This document shows, in pieces, positions 14,094-25,375 of a DNA stretch of 64,000 bases (position 1 is the first letter of the stretch; each line of letters begins with the position of its first letter). A program made the position numbers and the translations under genes. Source of the stretch: Podarcis gaigeae (taxonomy: Eukaryota); NCBI GenBank assembly GCA_964106915.2, contig OZ066916.1; one strand, 5' to 3'. The notes beneath the pieces are model-generated. The model was given only the letters and a program-made list of their open reading frames with translations, ran no database searches and had not been told where the DNA came from.

Positions 14094-14236
14094 ACAGAAT
14101 CATAGAATGGTAGAGTTGGAAGGGACTGCAAGGGTCATCTAGTTCAACCTCCTGTAATGCAAGAATCTTTTGCTGAATATGAGGCTCAAGCCCACAACCC
14201 CGAGGTTAAGAGTCTCATGCTCTACTGACTGAGCTA
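14094..14236 (-). mobile_element. tRNA-Lys(CTT)-derived SINE with CR1-type 3' tail
   Basis: Reverse complement reads tagctcagtcagtagagcatgagactcttaacctcggggttgtggg... then gttgaactagatgacc...cccttccaactctaccattctatgattctgtg. Confidence 0.8.
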
Positions 14237-14535
14237 TTCTGAAGATTTAACCCCATTCCCATGCCTCCTACTACCTCTCTTTTCTCAAACCCCTTTGCAC
14301 CCCCATCCCTTCCTTGTTGCACACAGACCACCCCCCCCATTCCCATGCCTCATCTTTATCCTATCCTGCAGCCCCCTTTGAGCACCCACCCCATGCTCAC
14401 ATATGTTAAACATGAATATAATCTTAAGAGCAAGCCTGGCAGTTAACTTGTTCAACTAAATCTTAAGTTCAGATGACAAATGGTGTACATGTGTTACTGT
14501 CTGCTTTGTAATAAAATATATCTTCTAAGCAACTA

Positions 14536-14770
14536 CAGTGGTACCTTGGTTTATGAACTTAATCTATTCTGGAAGTCCGTTCTTAAACCAAAACCGTTCT
14601 TAAACCAAGACGTGCTTTCCCTAATGAGACCTCCTGCCGCCAGTGCCCTTCCACCGTTCTGTTCTCAGACCGAGGTAAAGTTCTCAAACCAAGACACTAT
14701 TTCCAGTTTTGCGGAGTTTGTAAACCAAATTGTTCTTAAACTGGACTGTTCTTAAACCGAGGTACCACTG
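14536..14770. mobile_element. Tc1/mariner-type MITE, family C
   Basis: TA|cagtggtaccttggttta ... taaaccgaggtaccactg|TA; internal gttcttaaac repeats. Confidence 0.87.
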
Positions 14771-17137
14771 TACACTGAATGCTGAAGACAGCACATGGTA
14801 GCAGGAGTGAAACACAATGTGTGAAGGTTCTATGGAACGCTCCTCATCCTTTAGCTCTCTCATCTGAGGTGTTGCAGAAAATAATAATTTCATAAAACTG
14901 TATTTTGATGGTTCCATTTTCTTTTAAGCCTATGGCCTAGCTAAACTGAAAAGGCCTGTCCCTGCCTATCTTTTAGGGTACGGAATAACCCACTTTTAGG
15001 TACTGTACGTAGCGAATGTCCGTTCCAGAACACTGAAAAGATTGAACCATTACTGTAGAATCTATGGTGGTCGTTGTGTGCATAAAAAGAGAATCAGCTA
15101 GGCATGGCAATTGTTATTAATCTTGAAAGCACAACATTATAGTAATTAGCCAGGAGGAACTAAGGGACAGAAAAGACACATTACTGGTGGTACGGGAAGC
15201 CAGTTTTCCTGAACCACACACAGCTGCACTTCAGCTTCACATATCATAAAACCAGCGAACTGTTTCGATATTTGTGAGGGGGAAATCAAGTTCAGAGGTC
15301 AAACTTAGCTCTTATGTAACTCAAGTAACTTATTGAACAGAAGAGCCACTGCAGTGGGGAAGCCACCCAAGGGCCATTTGTTTTTCTGCAGAGCTGGGCT
15401 TTGCCATCTTGCTCCCTGAGACAAAGGACAGGATGATGCTCCCTACTCATTCCAGATGCTACAAGCTGATCCACAGTGGGACCACAAGCTCCTTTGGTTG
15501 GCGGTGGGATCACCTTCGTTACAGGCTTGATGGATCCCTCTTAGTTTTCCTGTATCAGCAGGGGATCAGACTAGATTTCCTTGAGGTCCCAACCCAGCTT
15601 TAGGATTCTAGGAAATGACTGTTCCCCACAACGTAATTTCTGCTGTAGGCTCAGGACTATGTCTTTTGACATGTGAACTTTTCTCTTCTTTTATTCCTTG
15701 CTAGACGATGGAACCAAATTAAGTTACTGCAGCCTTCGCACATTTTTCACCCCTGTTGCATTTGAGAGTTTTATCAAGCATGTATTAGTTCTGCATTCGC
15801 ACATTTTAGTATCTTGTGTGAAGTAATTTACATGATCTTGATTAAATCTCACTCTATAAAGACTCTTCATATATTGAATTTCTTCAATTTGTTCAGAACG
15901 TATCGTATTCTGTCCCTACCCTCAATGAGATCTGTAACCCTTGCCAGCTTTTTATCACTTTAATATTGGATTAGTGTGATTCTCTGCCTCACCTACCAAA
16001 ATTGTTAATGAATCAGTGATCCCTGGTATTCCTTTCAGAAGCCCATTTGACATCTCCTCTCAAATAGTCATTGCACAATGCATAATTACACTGTTTAATT
16101 TTAATCCCATTTTGTATCCATTTGACAGCAGTTCCATCAAATATGCATTTCATTAGCTTTCCCAAGAGAAATGCTACATCCAGTATTAAGTACACTGGAT
16201 GTCCTTTATGCTATATAGACTGAACAAAGAACAAAATATTGAGCCTAGCATAATTAATCATTGGCAAAGCCATTCCACCAATTATCCATATTTGTATAGG
16301 TAATTGTGAAGTGACAGCTCATTAATAGAACTATAAGTAAACCATATACGGTATCTTAAATCAAAACCATTGACTTAGAACAGTTATGATGCAATTCTAA
16401 TAAAACATTAACAATTGTTTTAATATTCTCCAAGTTCCTCAATATTGTCTCTATTCAACTGTGATCATTCTAGGATACCAATAATTTTCACCAAAAAAAT
16501 CAGTTGTTGATTATCATATTACTTCCAATAATTTCTCTCTTTTTCTAATATATATTCTAAGATTTACACTTAAAGGAGAGCTTGGCTAGTTTGAATATTC
16601 TGAAATTTATTCTTAAAAACCATGATGAATGGTCAGCACTGTATTAAAACTACCATTCTGGCAACAAGAGCAGTATTTTCCACTGCACAAAACAGAAGTA
16701 TTTTAAGAACCCTTTTGCTCCCCTCGTGCCCTCAGATATGCAGAATCGCGAAAGTGGCACATACTACGAGTGCTTAATAAACAAGTGAGGTGTAATGAAT
16801 GTAATTAAAGTGAATAAAATGGTGGCATTTCCAAAACTATTTGATGAATAGGCTAACAGTTGTGGCCCGAAACAGCTACATGCCTCCTTAGAGGTTGCAA
16901 AATTATCACGCAAGTGCTTGAAATTTGCAGCTGCCACTTCAGAATCTCAAGCCTTCACACGGCTGTGAGCTGGACTAGTGCCTAATACCTAATGGGAGCT
17001 CCTCCCAAGCCTACAAAATGTTTTCTCCCAGCCCTGTTCCTGTACTATTTTGGATAGTACCGGTAATTTGCAAACCTGCTGTTTACACTACCCTCTCTCC
17101 TCTTTATATTGTTATGAGTTGAGGGTTTTTCCTTGAT

Positions 17138-17585
17138 CATGGGTTGGCAAACTAAGGGCTGTGGGCCAGATCAGGCCAAAATGCCTTCTGGATCCGGCCC
17201 ACGGATGGTCTGGGAATCGCCGCATGGATCACCAGTGCATGCGTTCTTTCCCTCTCCCTTCCTCTGCGGCAGCGCCGCCTCCACCTCCTCCCTCCCTCCT
17301 CCCGGCTTCCCCCTGCCCTGCCTAGAGGAGGAACGGGGCTGGACTTTGTTGGTGCCAACAGCAGCAGTGCTTTAGCGGCTACCATTTTTAGCAGCCCTTT
17401 CACACGCTGCTCATCATCCCTCCACCGCTGCCAGTCCCTGCCACTCGCAAGACACAGGTAAGCAGCCACCGGGGATCATGGTGCTCTTGCATCATCCCCC
17501 CCCCAAAAAAAATTATAGTCCAGCCCCCCACAAGGTCTGAGGGACAGTGGACTGGCCCCCTGCTGGAAATGTTTGCTGCCCCCTG
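17138..17585. mobile_element. Non-autonomous hAT element
   Basis: Termini catgggttggcaaac / gtttgctgcccccctg; degenerate 8-bp TSD tccttgat/gtcttgat; ends shared with the inverted copy at 24026-24318. Confidence 0.8.
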
Positions 17586-18300
17586 GTCTTGATGACGCCC
17601 TGAGTCCCTTCCAGTTCTTGGGATCCTATATCAGTAGGGTAGAATGAGCAAGAGCAAGCTTGCCAAACTAGTTCCTTTGTCTATGTAATGGCCTTGGCTC
17701 TCACACACTATTGTTCTCCTACCTAACAGACTTTTTGGTGAGTGGGTGGAGGATGGCCCACCCTTTAGTTCTACGGCACAGAGCAACTGCTTTGGTTATG
17801 CTTATCATGGCAAAACCATAACAAATTGAGTTAGATGCTGGAGGCACAGATACATGCTTGCTCTGTGCTGGATCCAAAGCTGCAACTAATTAGGAAGCAA
17901 GACTTTTTGGGTGTTACTGCTGCGTGCACCTCCATCCTATGCTGGGATTGTATATATGTGTAAGTAAAACCATATATTCTAAAGGCACTTGTCTTTGCTG
18001 ACACTCATTCCAAGGAAACTGAGTTCTGGGTGGTACATAGAGGATGCTCCCTAGTTCCCGAATTCTCTTTTACCAAAAGGTCACCAAAGTTATACAGAAA
18101 GCAATGCTTTGTTCCTAAGTCTAAATGCTGCCTTTTATATATCAAGCCCTTGTCAGATAAAGTAGCAACCCTAGTTTTCCCAGTGATAAATGCCACATAG
18201 AAGTATGCACATTTCTCCTAGGTATAGAACTTCAGAAACCAGGAAGAAGCTACTGAGAGATGCAAGCCAACTAAAACAACTTCTTTTACTAGTAAGGATA

Positions 18301-18460
18301 ACAGGTAGGTAGTCGTGTTGGTCTGCCATAGTCAAAACAAAATAAAAAATAAAAATTCCTTCCAGTAGTACCTTAGAGACCAACTAAGTTTCTAATTGGT
18401 ATGAGATACCAATAACAAACTTAGTTGGTCTCTAAGGTGCTACTGGAAGGATTTTTTTTT
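18301..18460. mobile_element. Penelope-like element terminal remnant in inverted (hairpin) configuration
   Basis: 18301-18405 is the reverse complement of the sequence at 49110-49210; 18406-18460 is the forward copy (ataccaataacaaacttagttggtctctaaggtgctactggaagga). Confidence 0.75.
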
Positions 18461-18574
18461 TATTTAGTAAGAATAACGTTACACGATAAAGGATAGGTGA
18501 GATTGGCTTGCAGTATGCAAAGCCATAGCAAGCAAACAAAGAAAGAAAGACATTGTATATAGGATTTTATGCAT

Positions 18575-18910
18575 AAAGGTAAAGGTAAAGGTACCCCTGC
18601 CCGTACGGGCCAGTCTTGCCAGACTCTGGGGTTGTGCGCCCAGCTCACTCAAGAGGCCAGGGGCCAGCGCTGTCCGAAGACACTTCCGGGTCACGTGGCC
18701 AGCGTGACATCGCTGCTCTGGCGAGCCAGAGCTGCACACGGAAATGCCATTTACCTTCCCGCTAGAAAGCGGTCCCTATTTATCTACTTGCACCCGAGGG
18801 TGCTTTCGAACTGCTAGGTTGGCAGGCGCTGGGACCGAGCAACGGGAGCGCAGCCCGCTGCGGGGATTCGAACCGCCAACCTTTCGATCGGCAAGCCCTA
18901 GGCGCTGAGG
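18575..18910 (-). mobile_element. Sauria SINE, divergent subfamily, 5'-truncated
   Basis: aaaggtaaaggtaaaggtacccctg tail; body collinear with the other copies but with many differences; first ~25 nt of the head are missing. Confidence 0.88.
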
Positions 18911-20226
18911 CTGGGCAAATCCCCCTGTAAGAATGCACACAAAAAGAGCAGGGAGCATCTCTGTAAATGAGAGTGGCTGGATCGCTCCAAAACTAGGGTT
19001 TTGCATGCTTTGAAGCTTTTACAGGAATATCTAATTTATGAGCTAAATCTAAAAGTGCACATTTTAAAAGCACAATTAAAAGATGGATGGAAGCTTTCTA
19101 AATCAAAGCAAGATTTGATTTAGATACCCATGGGATATCTGAATACATAAAAACAATACAATAAATTACTGCTATGAGATAAGACACATAGTTGTACACC
19201 ATGCATCTCTTTGAACATGCTCCTTCCTAACTAGCTTCATGGTTATATTGCTTTATTGTTTTATGGCCACTTAATTGCAGGAATTTTACCTTCCTGCCTT
19301 TGTATTTTAAGATGGGAAGCCCAAAGGTTGGCATGTAAGTCTCTCATGGCTTATCTCTTTGGCAGAGAGCTCCAGTGTAATATTCACTGCATAAATGGGC
19401 AGAATGAAGCTGATGGAAATTGTTAATAGGAATATTTTTCATGGGGTTCAGTACATCACTAATTTTGATACTTTGGACTAGAACTCCCTACATACTTGAC
19501 CACTGGCCATGCTGGTTGAGGGAGCTGATGGAAGCTGTAATCCAAAGCTTATCTAGAATTTACCCATACAATTGTAAATTCCAAGAAAATACAGGCTTCT
19601 GCGGGAAAGCCAGGGCTGCATTTATTTTACCATTGAGGGTGAGATGGCAAGTGGACATACAAAAATAAAATAAAAAACCTGTAACAATGAATGCAGATTG
19701 TGTTCTCCTTGTTAATGACAGACATTTGGGGTAGACAATGGCCTGCTGATTCAAAGGACTGTCTCAACACGAAATATGAACATGCACCCCCCTAACTTAC
19801 AACCTCCCTTCTCTATTATTTATAATAATGCTTTGACAAAGTATAACATTTTATCCAATTATAGATACAGATGAGTCACTGGCTTCACTGCTTGTCAAGA
19901 CTGGATTATTTTATGGCCTCAGGATTTATTTTTTATTAAAAAAAAAAAAAAACCATTTGCTTCTCATGTAAAAATTAGAAACTGAATTTTTCAATATATC
20001 TAGGAGAGCTTCTCCACGATATTGTTGACTTGAGTTCTGGCTGTTATCCTAAGCGTACAGATACTAGGAAACCATACATGTTTACTCAGAAGTTCAATTC
20101 ACACTTCTACTGATCTTCCAAATAAGAGTGCAAATTGTTTTTAGCCTTGAGTGAAAGTTCTGCAATTAAAAATACATAACTTGGAAGCAAGGCTGTAATG
20201 CAAGTTGCTGAAACTTGTTATCTTAG

Positions 20227-20660
20227 TGTCAGGGAACTGCCATCAGGGCCGGAGGGAGAGAGCGGGCTCCAGAGGGATTCCAGAGAGCGTCCCGGGATGG
20301 GGAGAGGCAGCCCATCTTCTGGGGAAGGGAATCAGCATAGCACCAGTGGAGAAGGGGGGCAGATGGGGGAATCGGCGAGGCGGTCCCATGACTCCTTGCC
20401 GGGGACCAGCAGGGAGAGTAAGGGTCCTCCGCTGCCCACACCCTCCTTGCGCAGAAGGCTTCCGCGCAGGGAGAGTAGACGGAGACTAGGCGTCAAAGAG
20501 CTTCTTTGCTGGAAGAAGTTCAAGAAACGCCCACTGACGGATTCTGCCAGCGATTGAGACAGCCACAGGCGAGTGGCTGCCTGGACAGAAAAGGTTCACT
20601 CAGGCAACCCAGCCAGGTGTGGCATCGGTTTACGCACGAGCAACCCCTAGAACCATTACA
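20227..20660. mobile_element. Solo LTR (434 bp)
   Basis: TGTCA...TTACA termini with perfect 5-bp TSD CTTAG (20222-20226, 20661-20665); GC/CpG-rich block in AT-rich flanks. Confidence 0.8.
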
Positions 20661-22170
20661 CTTAGTTACACCAGTTTGGTTCTAAAGATTTGAATGGTTT
20701 AAGGCTCAAGTACTGTGCAGCTTCATTTTATTAAAAAAATGCACAATCCAATCTTCTTCTTCTTTTTGAAAATCAGATAATTGCAGTGATGCAAGAATTA
20801 TTTGTGTAGGCTATAATTATGCATGCTATTATATTGAATTTGGAGACTCAATGGCGTTTTGGTGATATCACACTTTGAAGGTAACAAGAGTGGGAAATGA
20901 ACCCTGAGGAGCCCAAGGCGTCTTTCTGCCCTAGACTTTGTGAGGGGCAGGTAGTGATGAAGACAGGGGAAGTTGAATTGGGCAGCTTGCCAACAATTCT
21001 GGCCTTCTTGAAACTAAACAGATATGTTTCTTTCTCCTTTAGAAACAAAGGAGATGAGGAGATGAGAAGTTCTGCAGGTGTGGTCTTCCCTTGTATTAAT
21101 AAGGAAAAGGTACGTCTGTCACATCTACTAACTTGTGACTCTTAAACTCACAGAAATGGGATATTATCCAACTATTTAGCTTGCACTGGCTCCTCTATGG
21201 AGTAAACCAACCTTACGGATAGTAATGGGCTATCCTTACCATGAATCCTCAAAAATAAGTTACATTGAATTCAATGTGTCTTACTCCCAGGTAAGTGGGG
21301 TTAGGACTGTGGCCTAAGGTTATCTTCTTTTTTTGCAGAGGGGAGAATTTTTGGTATCCAAGAATGCAAAGAAATAAAGAGTCAAGGGTGATGGGAGTTG
21401 TAGTCCAACAACTTGTGGAGGGACAAAGGTTTTCCACCCCTGGTCTACACAATGAATGATTAATTATTTATATAGCACCATCCCACTGCATGAAAGGATA
21501 GGTCCCTGCCCCACGGAACTCACAACTGAACATTCAACACAAGTGAGATCTCACAGAGGAAGGGGAAGGAATCGAGGCAGAAGTAGATAGTCATTCAGTT
21601 ACACACACTTAGGTGGCATTGTAATAGAGCATGGTGATTATGGAGTTGTGCAAAAAGTGGATTTTTAGGAAGAAAGGAAGGAAGACTGACAGCAATTGCC
21701 TTACTATGCAGGAATATTTATCCATTGTCGCACCAACTGTATGGAATGCTTTTCCCATTGAGATCAACAACTGTGGGTTGTTTTTACCAACTGAAGAAAT
21801 GCCTCTCCCTTTGACCCTTAATAGTATTAATACTATTGATTAGTGGTGATTAGTAATTATTGTTAATGTTATTATTTTTATTGCATTTTTAAATTATGTG
21901 AACTTCTTTGGTATTTCTTTCCATCGATGCAAGGCAGTATAGAAAACTTGTAATAAAATAAATTTTGTTAAGTTTCAGGGCCCATGACTATACGTAATAA
22001 AAAAAATTTAAGTGTTCTTGGCAAGTTTTTTTTTAAGATGCCCCAGCATCAAGGCTGCATTGAGCAACACTTATAGGGAAGCAAAGCTGCATTTCCAGGG
22101 TGATCTAGAATTGCTATTTGTAATTTATCCTTCAGATTTTTAAACAGCACCATACATTTAGCATTCAGAC

Positions 22171-22338
22171 CAGTGGCGTAGCGTGGGTTGTCAGCACCCG
22201 GGGCAAGGCAAGTAATTTGCGCCCCCTAACCCGTGGATTTTAGCAGGGGGCAGAGAGCTGTGAGTGTGAGCACGCGCTCCCCCAGGTGTTGCGCCCGGTG
22301 CGACCGGCCCCCCCTGCACCCCCCACACTACGCCAATG
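22171..22338. mobile_element. hAT MITE (CAGTGGCGTAG TIR family)
   Basis: cagtggcgtagcgtggg / cccacactacgccaatg; TSD attcagac/attaagac; inverted relative to 50533-50680. Confidence 0.87.
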
Positions 22339-22975
22339 ATTAAGACTAATAGTACAGCTCTGCTTCCCATGACAAAATACATTGTGAAAAATGTACATGG
22401 CACTTAAATTTCCGCGATGCACCATTTTTGTCAGTGTTCTGGATAGCATTGCTCTGACTGCTCTTGTTCATGAGATCATCGATAATGACCAGCGAAATTT
22501 TACTAGGAGGGAACTAAAACATCGTCCTTGAGGGGAGATGGTAAGCCTTCGGCAAAACAGATAAATGGAAATATAGCTAGCAATTTTTATGCACTGGCTG
22601 TCAACAACTGTAGTACCAGGCAATGTTTTTGAGTATAACAGACAGCACCAGTTCTGCATGCTGCAGTACATTTTTAGCAAAGTAGCTTTCCCTTCAGCTG
22701 CTGGGGCCCATGAGACTGACTGAGAAAGGATGGTGCCAACAGTTCTACTTTTCAGCTGCCCCTTACACTGCCATATGTAACTCTGAGGGATTTCACCCAT
22801 GAGATTTCCTTATCTTCATTCCCCAATAATACACAGAGGGGACAAGTAACAAATCAGATTGGTTAATTTACAAATTCATTATATTTTTCACAATAGGGCA
22901 TGAAAAAAATGTAGGTTCTGTGTGAAATCATTTTTTTTATTGGCTTTTTGTCAATTGGTTTTACGTACGCTACTA

Positions 22976-22978
<3 letters not shown>

Positions 22979-23006
<28 letters not shown>
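22979..23006. repeat. (AC)n microsatellite
   Basis: Direct reading. Confidence 0.95.
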
Positions 23007-23009
<3 letters not shown>

Positions 23010-23165
23010 GGAAGGCTGTGGTTACAAAAATTCAAAAATGTGCAGGTGCTCAGTTTTGAGATATTTCAGCAAAAATCCTAGAATACCCATTGTGTACATC
23101 CCCCCCCCTCCACATAATGTTTTTCCACATTGAATTTATATATTCTTTCCCCCAGTGCATGCAAG

Positions 23166-23498
23166 CAGGGCCAGCCCACTCATGAGACAAGGTGAGGTGA
23201 CCGCCTTAGGTGGCACGAACCAAGGGGGCAGCTGATCTGGCCTCCATGGAATGAATTGCCCACCACTGCAGCCGCAGTGGCAGCAACAACTGCAGAGCAC
23301 TCCTTAGAGGCTGAATTTGCTGCCATTTCAGCAGGCACCCCCCAATACCATGTCTACAGCCCCCTCTTGGGGAATAGGAGGCACTGCAGGTCTCCTCCCG
23401 CACTTGTTCCCAATGTAGATTTTCACTCAACCTTTCTTCCCTGAGGCGTACTATTTTGTGGTTCGCCCCAGACACCAAAATGTATTGAGCCAGCCTTG
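23166..23498. mobile_element. Non-autonomous hAT element
   Basis: cagggccagccca / tgagccagccttg termini; TSD catgcaag/caagcaag (7/8). Confidence 0.7.
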
Positions 23499-23830
23499 CA
23501 AGCAAGAATGCACCCCCCCCCCATTTGTTAAACAAAACTTCACTGTGAGTGTATTCTTACCATGAGTGCATTGACAATCACATCAATCTTTCCACGTTTT
23601 TTCACTGGTGTGGAATTGTCTTCTTTCTTGATCTCCAAGGGCAAAGTTTTATTCAACTTGAAATGTGGGGCCAGTTCAAAATCCCACAATCCAGGACACA
23701 GGCGACTGCCATGTGCAGAATATTTTGCCTGAAAAAATAAATTCAAGCCTCTGAGTTGTATGGTATGGACTGTATGATATGCTTGCCCCATAAAAGCAAG
23801 CTGAGGTATGTGAAGCACATTTCATTAGGG

Positions 23831-24524
23831 CAGGGTGGTCAAACTTTTCATGCCAACTGGGCCATACTAGTACATTGACATGGAACCCTGCTTTGTTGCA
23901 TGAGGGAGGGGAGAGTGAGGCCAAAAACTGATGCCCCCACCAAGTACTCATGCCACCTTTCCAAAGCCAGATAAGTAAGGTGCTAGATATAGAGGAGGCC
24001 TGAGGGCTCTGACAGGGTCCTAGAGCAGGGGTCGGGTCTACTGTCCCTCAGACTTTGTGGGCGGCCGGACTATATTTTGAAGAAGAAGAAAAAAGAACAA
24101 ATTCCTATGCCCCACAAATAACCCAGAGATGCATTTTAAATAAAAGGACACGTTCTACTCACACCAGGCAGGCCCCGCAAATAACCCAGAGATGCATTTT
24201 AAATAAAAGGACACGTTCTACTCATGTAAAAACATGCTGGTTCCCAGACCATCTGCGGGCCGGATTTAGAAGGCGATTGGCCAGATCTGGCCCCTGAGCC
24301 TTAGTTTGCCTACCCATGTCCGACCTAGAGCCTTACCCTCTCCTTCCCAAAGCCAGGAAAGCACTAAGCTTTGGGAAGGAGACAGGAGGACTCTAGGACC
24401 CTGTCAGAGCCAAAGCTCAGCATACCTGGGTAAGGGCTGGGTGTTTGTTTGTTTGTGTGTGTGTGTGTCAAATGTTGCCAAGGACTGCCAAAAAGGGCCT
24501 GAGGGCCATGTGTTGGACCACCTG
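23831..24524. mobile_element. Older hAT element hosting a nested hAT insertion
   Basis: cagggtggtcaaac / gttggaccacctg termini; TSD cattaggg/cattagaa; internal inverted repeat ggctctgacagggtcctagag (~24005) / ctctaggaccctgtcagagcc (~24391). Confidence 0.7.
24026..24318. mobile_element. Nested hAT element with an internal ~53-bp direct repeat
   Basis: caggggtc ... gtttgcctacccatg; gcccc[a/g]caaataacccagagatgcattttaaataaaaggacacgttctactca occurs twice. Confidence 0.8.
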
Positions 24525-25048
24525 CATTAGAATGTGCACCCAGTGGTTTTTATTTATTTTTTCTTTTCAAAGAAGGAGGAAAGAAAGGGATAGAAATACC
24601 TATTAAAAATTGTCATTATATATGTATGTGTGTATATATATATATTATACAAAATTTATATCAAGTGATATAAGATTTATATCAAAAGGTAAGACCTCTG
24701 ATAAAAGACATGGAGACTTAGGGTGAAAAGGGATCCCCTGTCAACCTGTCGGGTTGATAAATAGTACTCCTCTCCTCCTTCTGTTGCAGGATAAAAGTAG
24801 GATTGCAGGGCCGAGAGAGACCCCTGCCTAAAATTCTGCAGAGCCTGTTCAAAGTCAGTGTTGACAGTACTGAACTAGCCAGTTTAAATATATTCTCAAA
24901 ACAAACCTAAAAAAATAATAGTAGTATTATAAACACTGACATCTGGGAAACACTGGCCTGAGAGCGCTTCATTTGGAGAACAGCCTCTACCAAAGGCGTA
25001 ATGGACTTTGAAGAAGCACAAACTCAGGACGAAAAGGAGAGCTTAGAG

Positions 25049-25375
25049 CAGGGGTCTGCAACCTTTAAGACAAAAAGAGCCACTTGGACCCGTATCCGAA
25101 GAAAAAAAATATATGGGAGCCACAAAACCATTGTGACATTTAAAACAAATATATCTCTGGAGCCGCGATCTGACAGTGGGCGGGAAGGTGACGTCGGGAC
25201 GGTGCGTGACTAACGCACGCACCGCCCCCATGCGACGTCACAGCCAGTATAGTGCCCGCCACAGTGGGGAGTGTCGGGGTGCACAATGCGCCTCCTCCCC
25301 TCGCTAGTATCCGCCCAGGAGCAAAGGTGTAAAAGAGCCACATGCAGCTGCGGAGCCACGGGTTGCTGACCCCTG
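25049..25375. mobile_element. Young non-autonomous hAT element
   Basis: caggggtctgcaacc / ggttgctgacccctg; perfect 8-bp TSD GCTTAGAG; many intact CpGs. Confidence 0.9.

Noticed and set aside
6069-14236. tRNA-Ile- and tRNA-Lys-like sequences as functional tRNA genes
   Set aside because: Acceptor stems and B boxes are mutated, and both run into a CR1-type tail, so they are SINE heads.
15880-16200. Possible decayed CR1 ORF2 fragment on the minus strand
   Set aside because: Only vague resemblance; boundaries and identity cannot be supported without a search.
24108-24223. Direct repeats with a short spacer, superficially CRISPR-like
   Set aside because: Only two units, inside a eukaryotic hAT MITE; no array and no cas genes.
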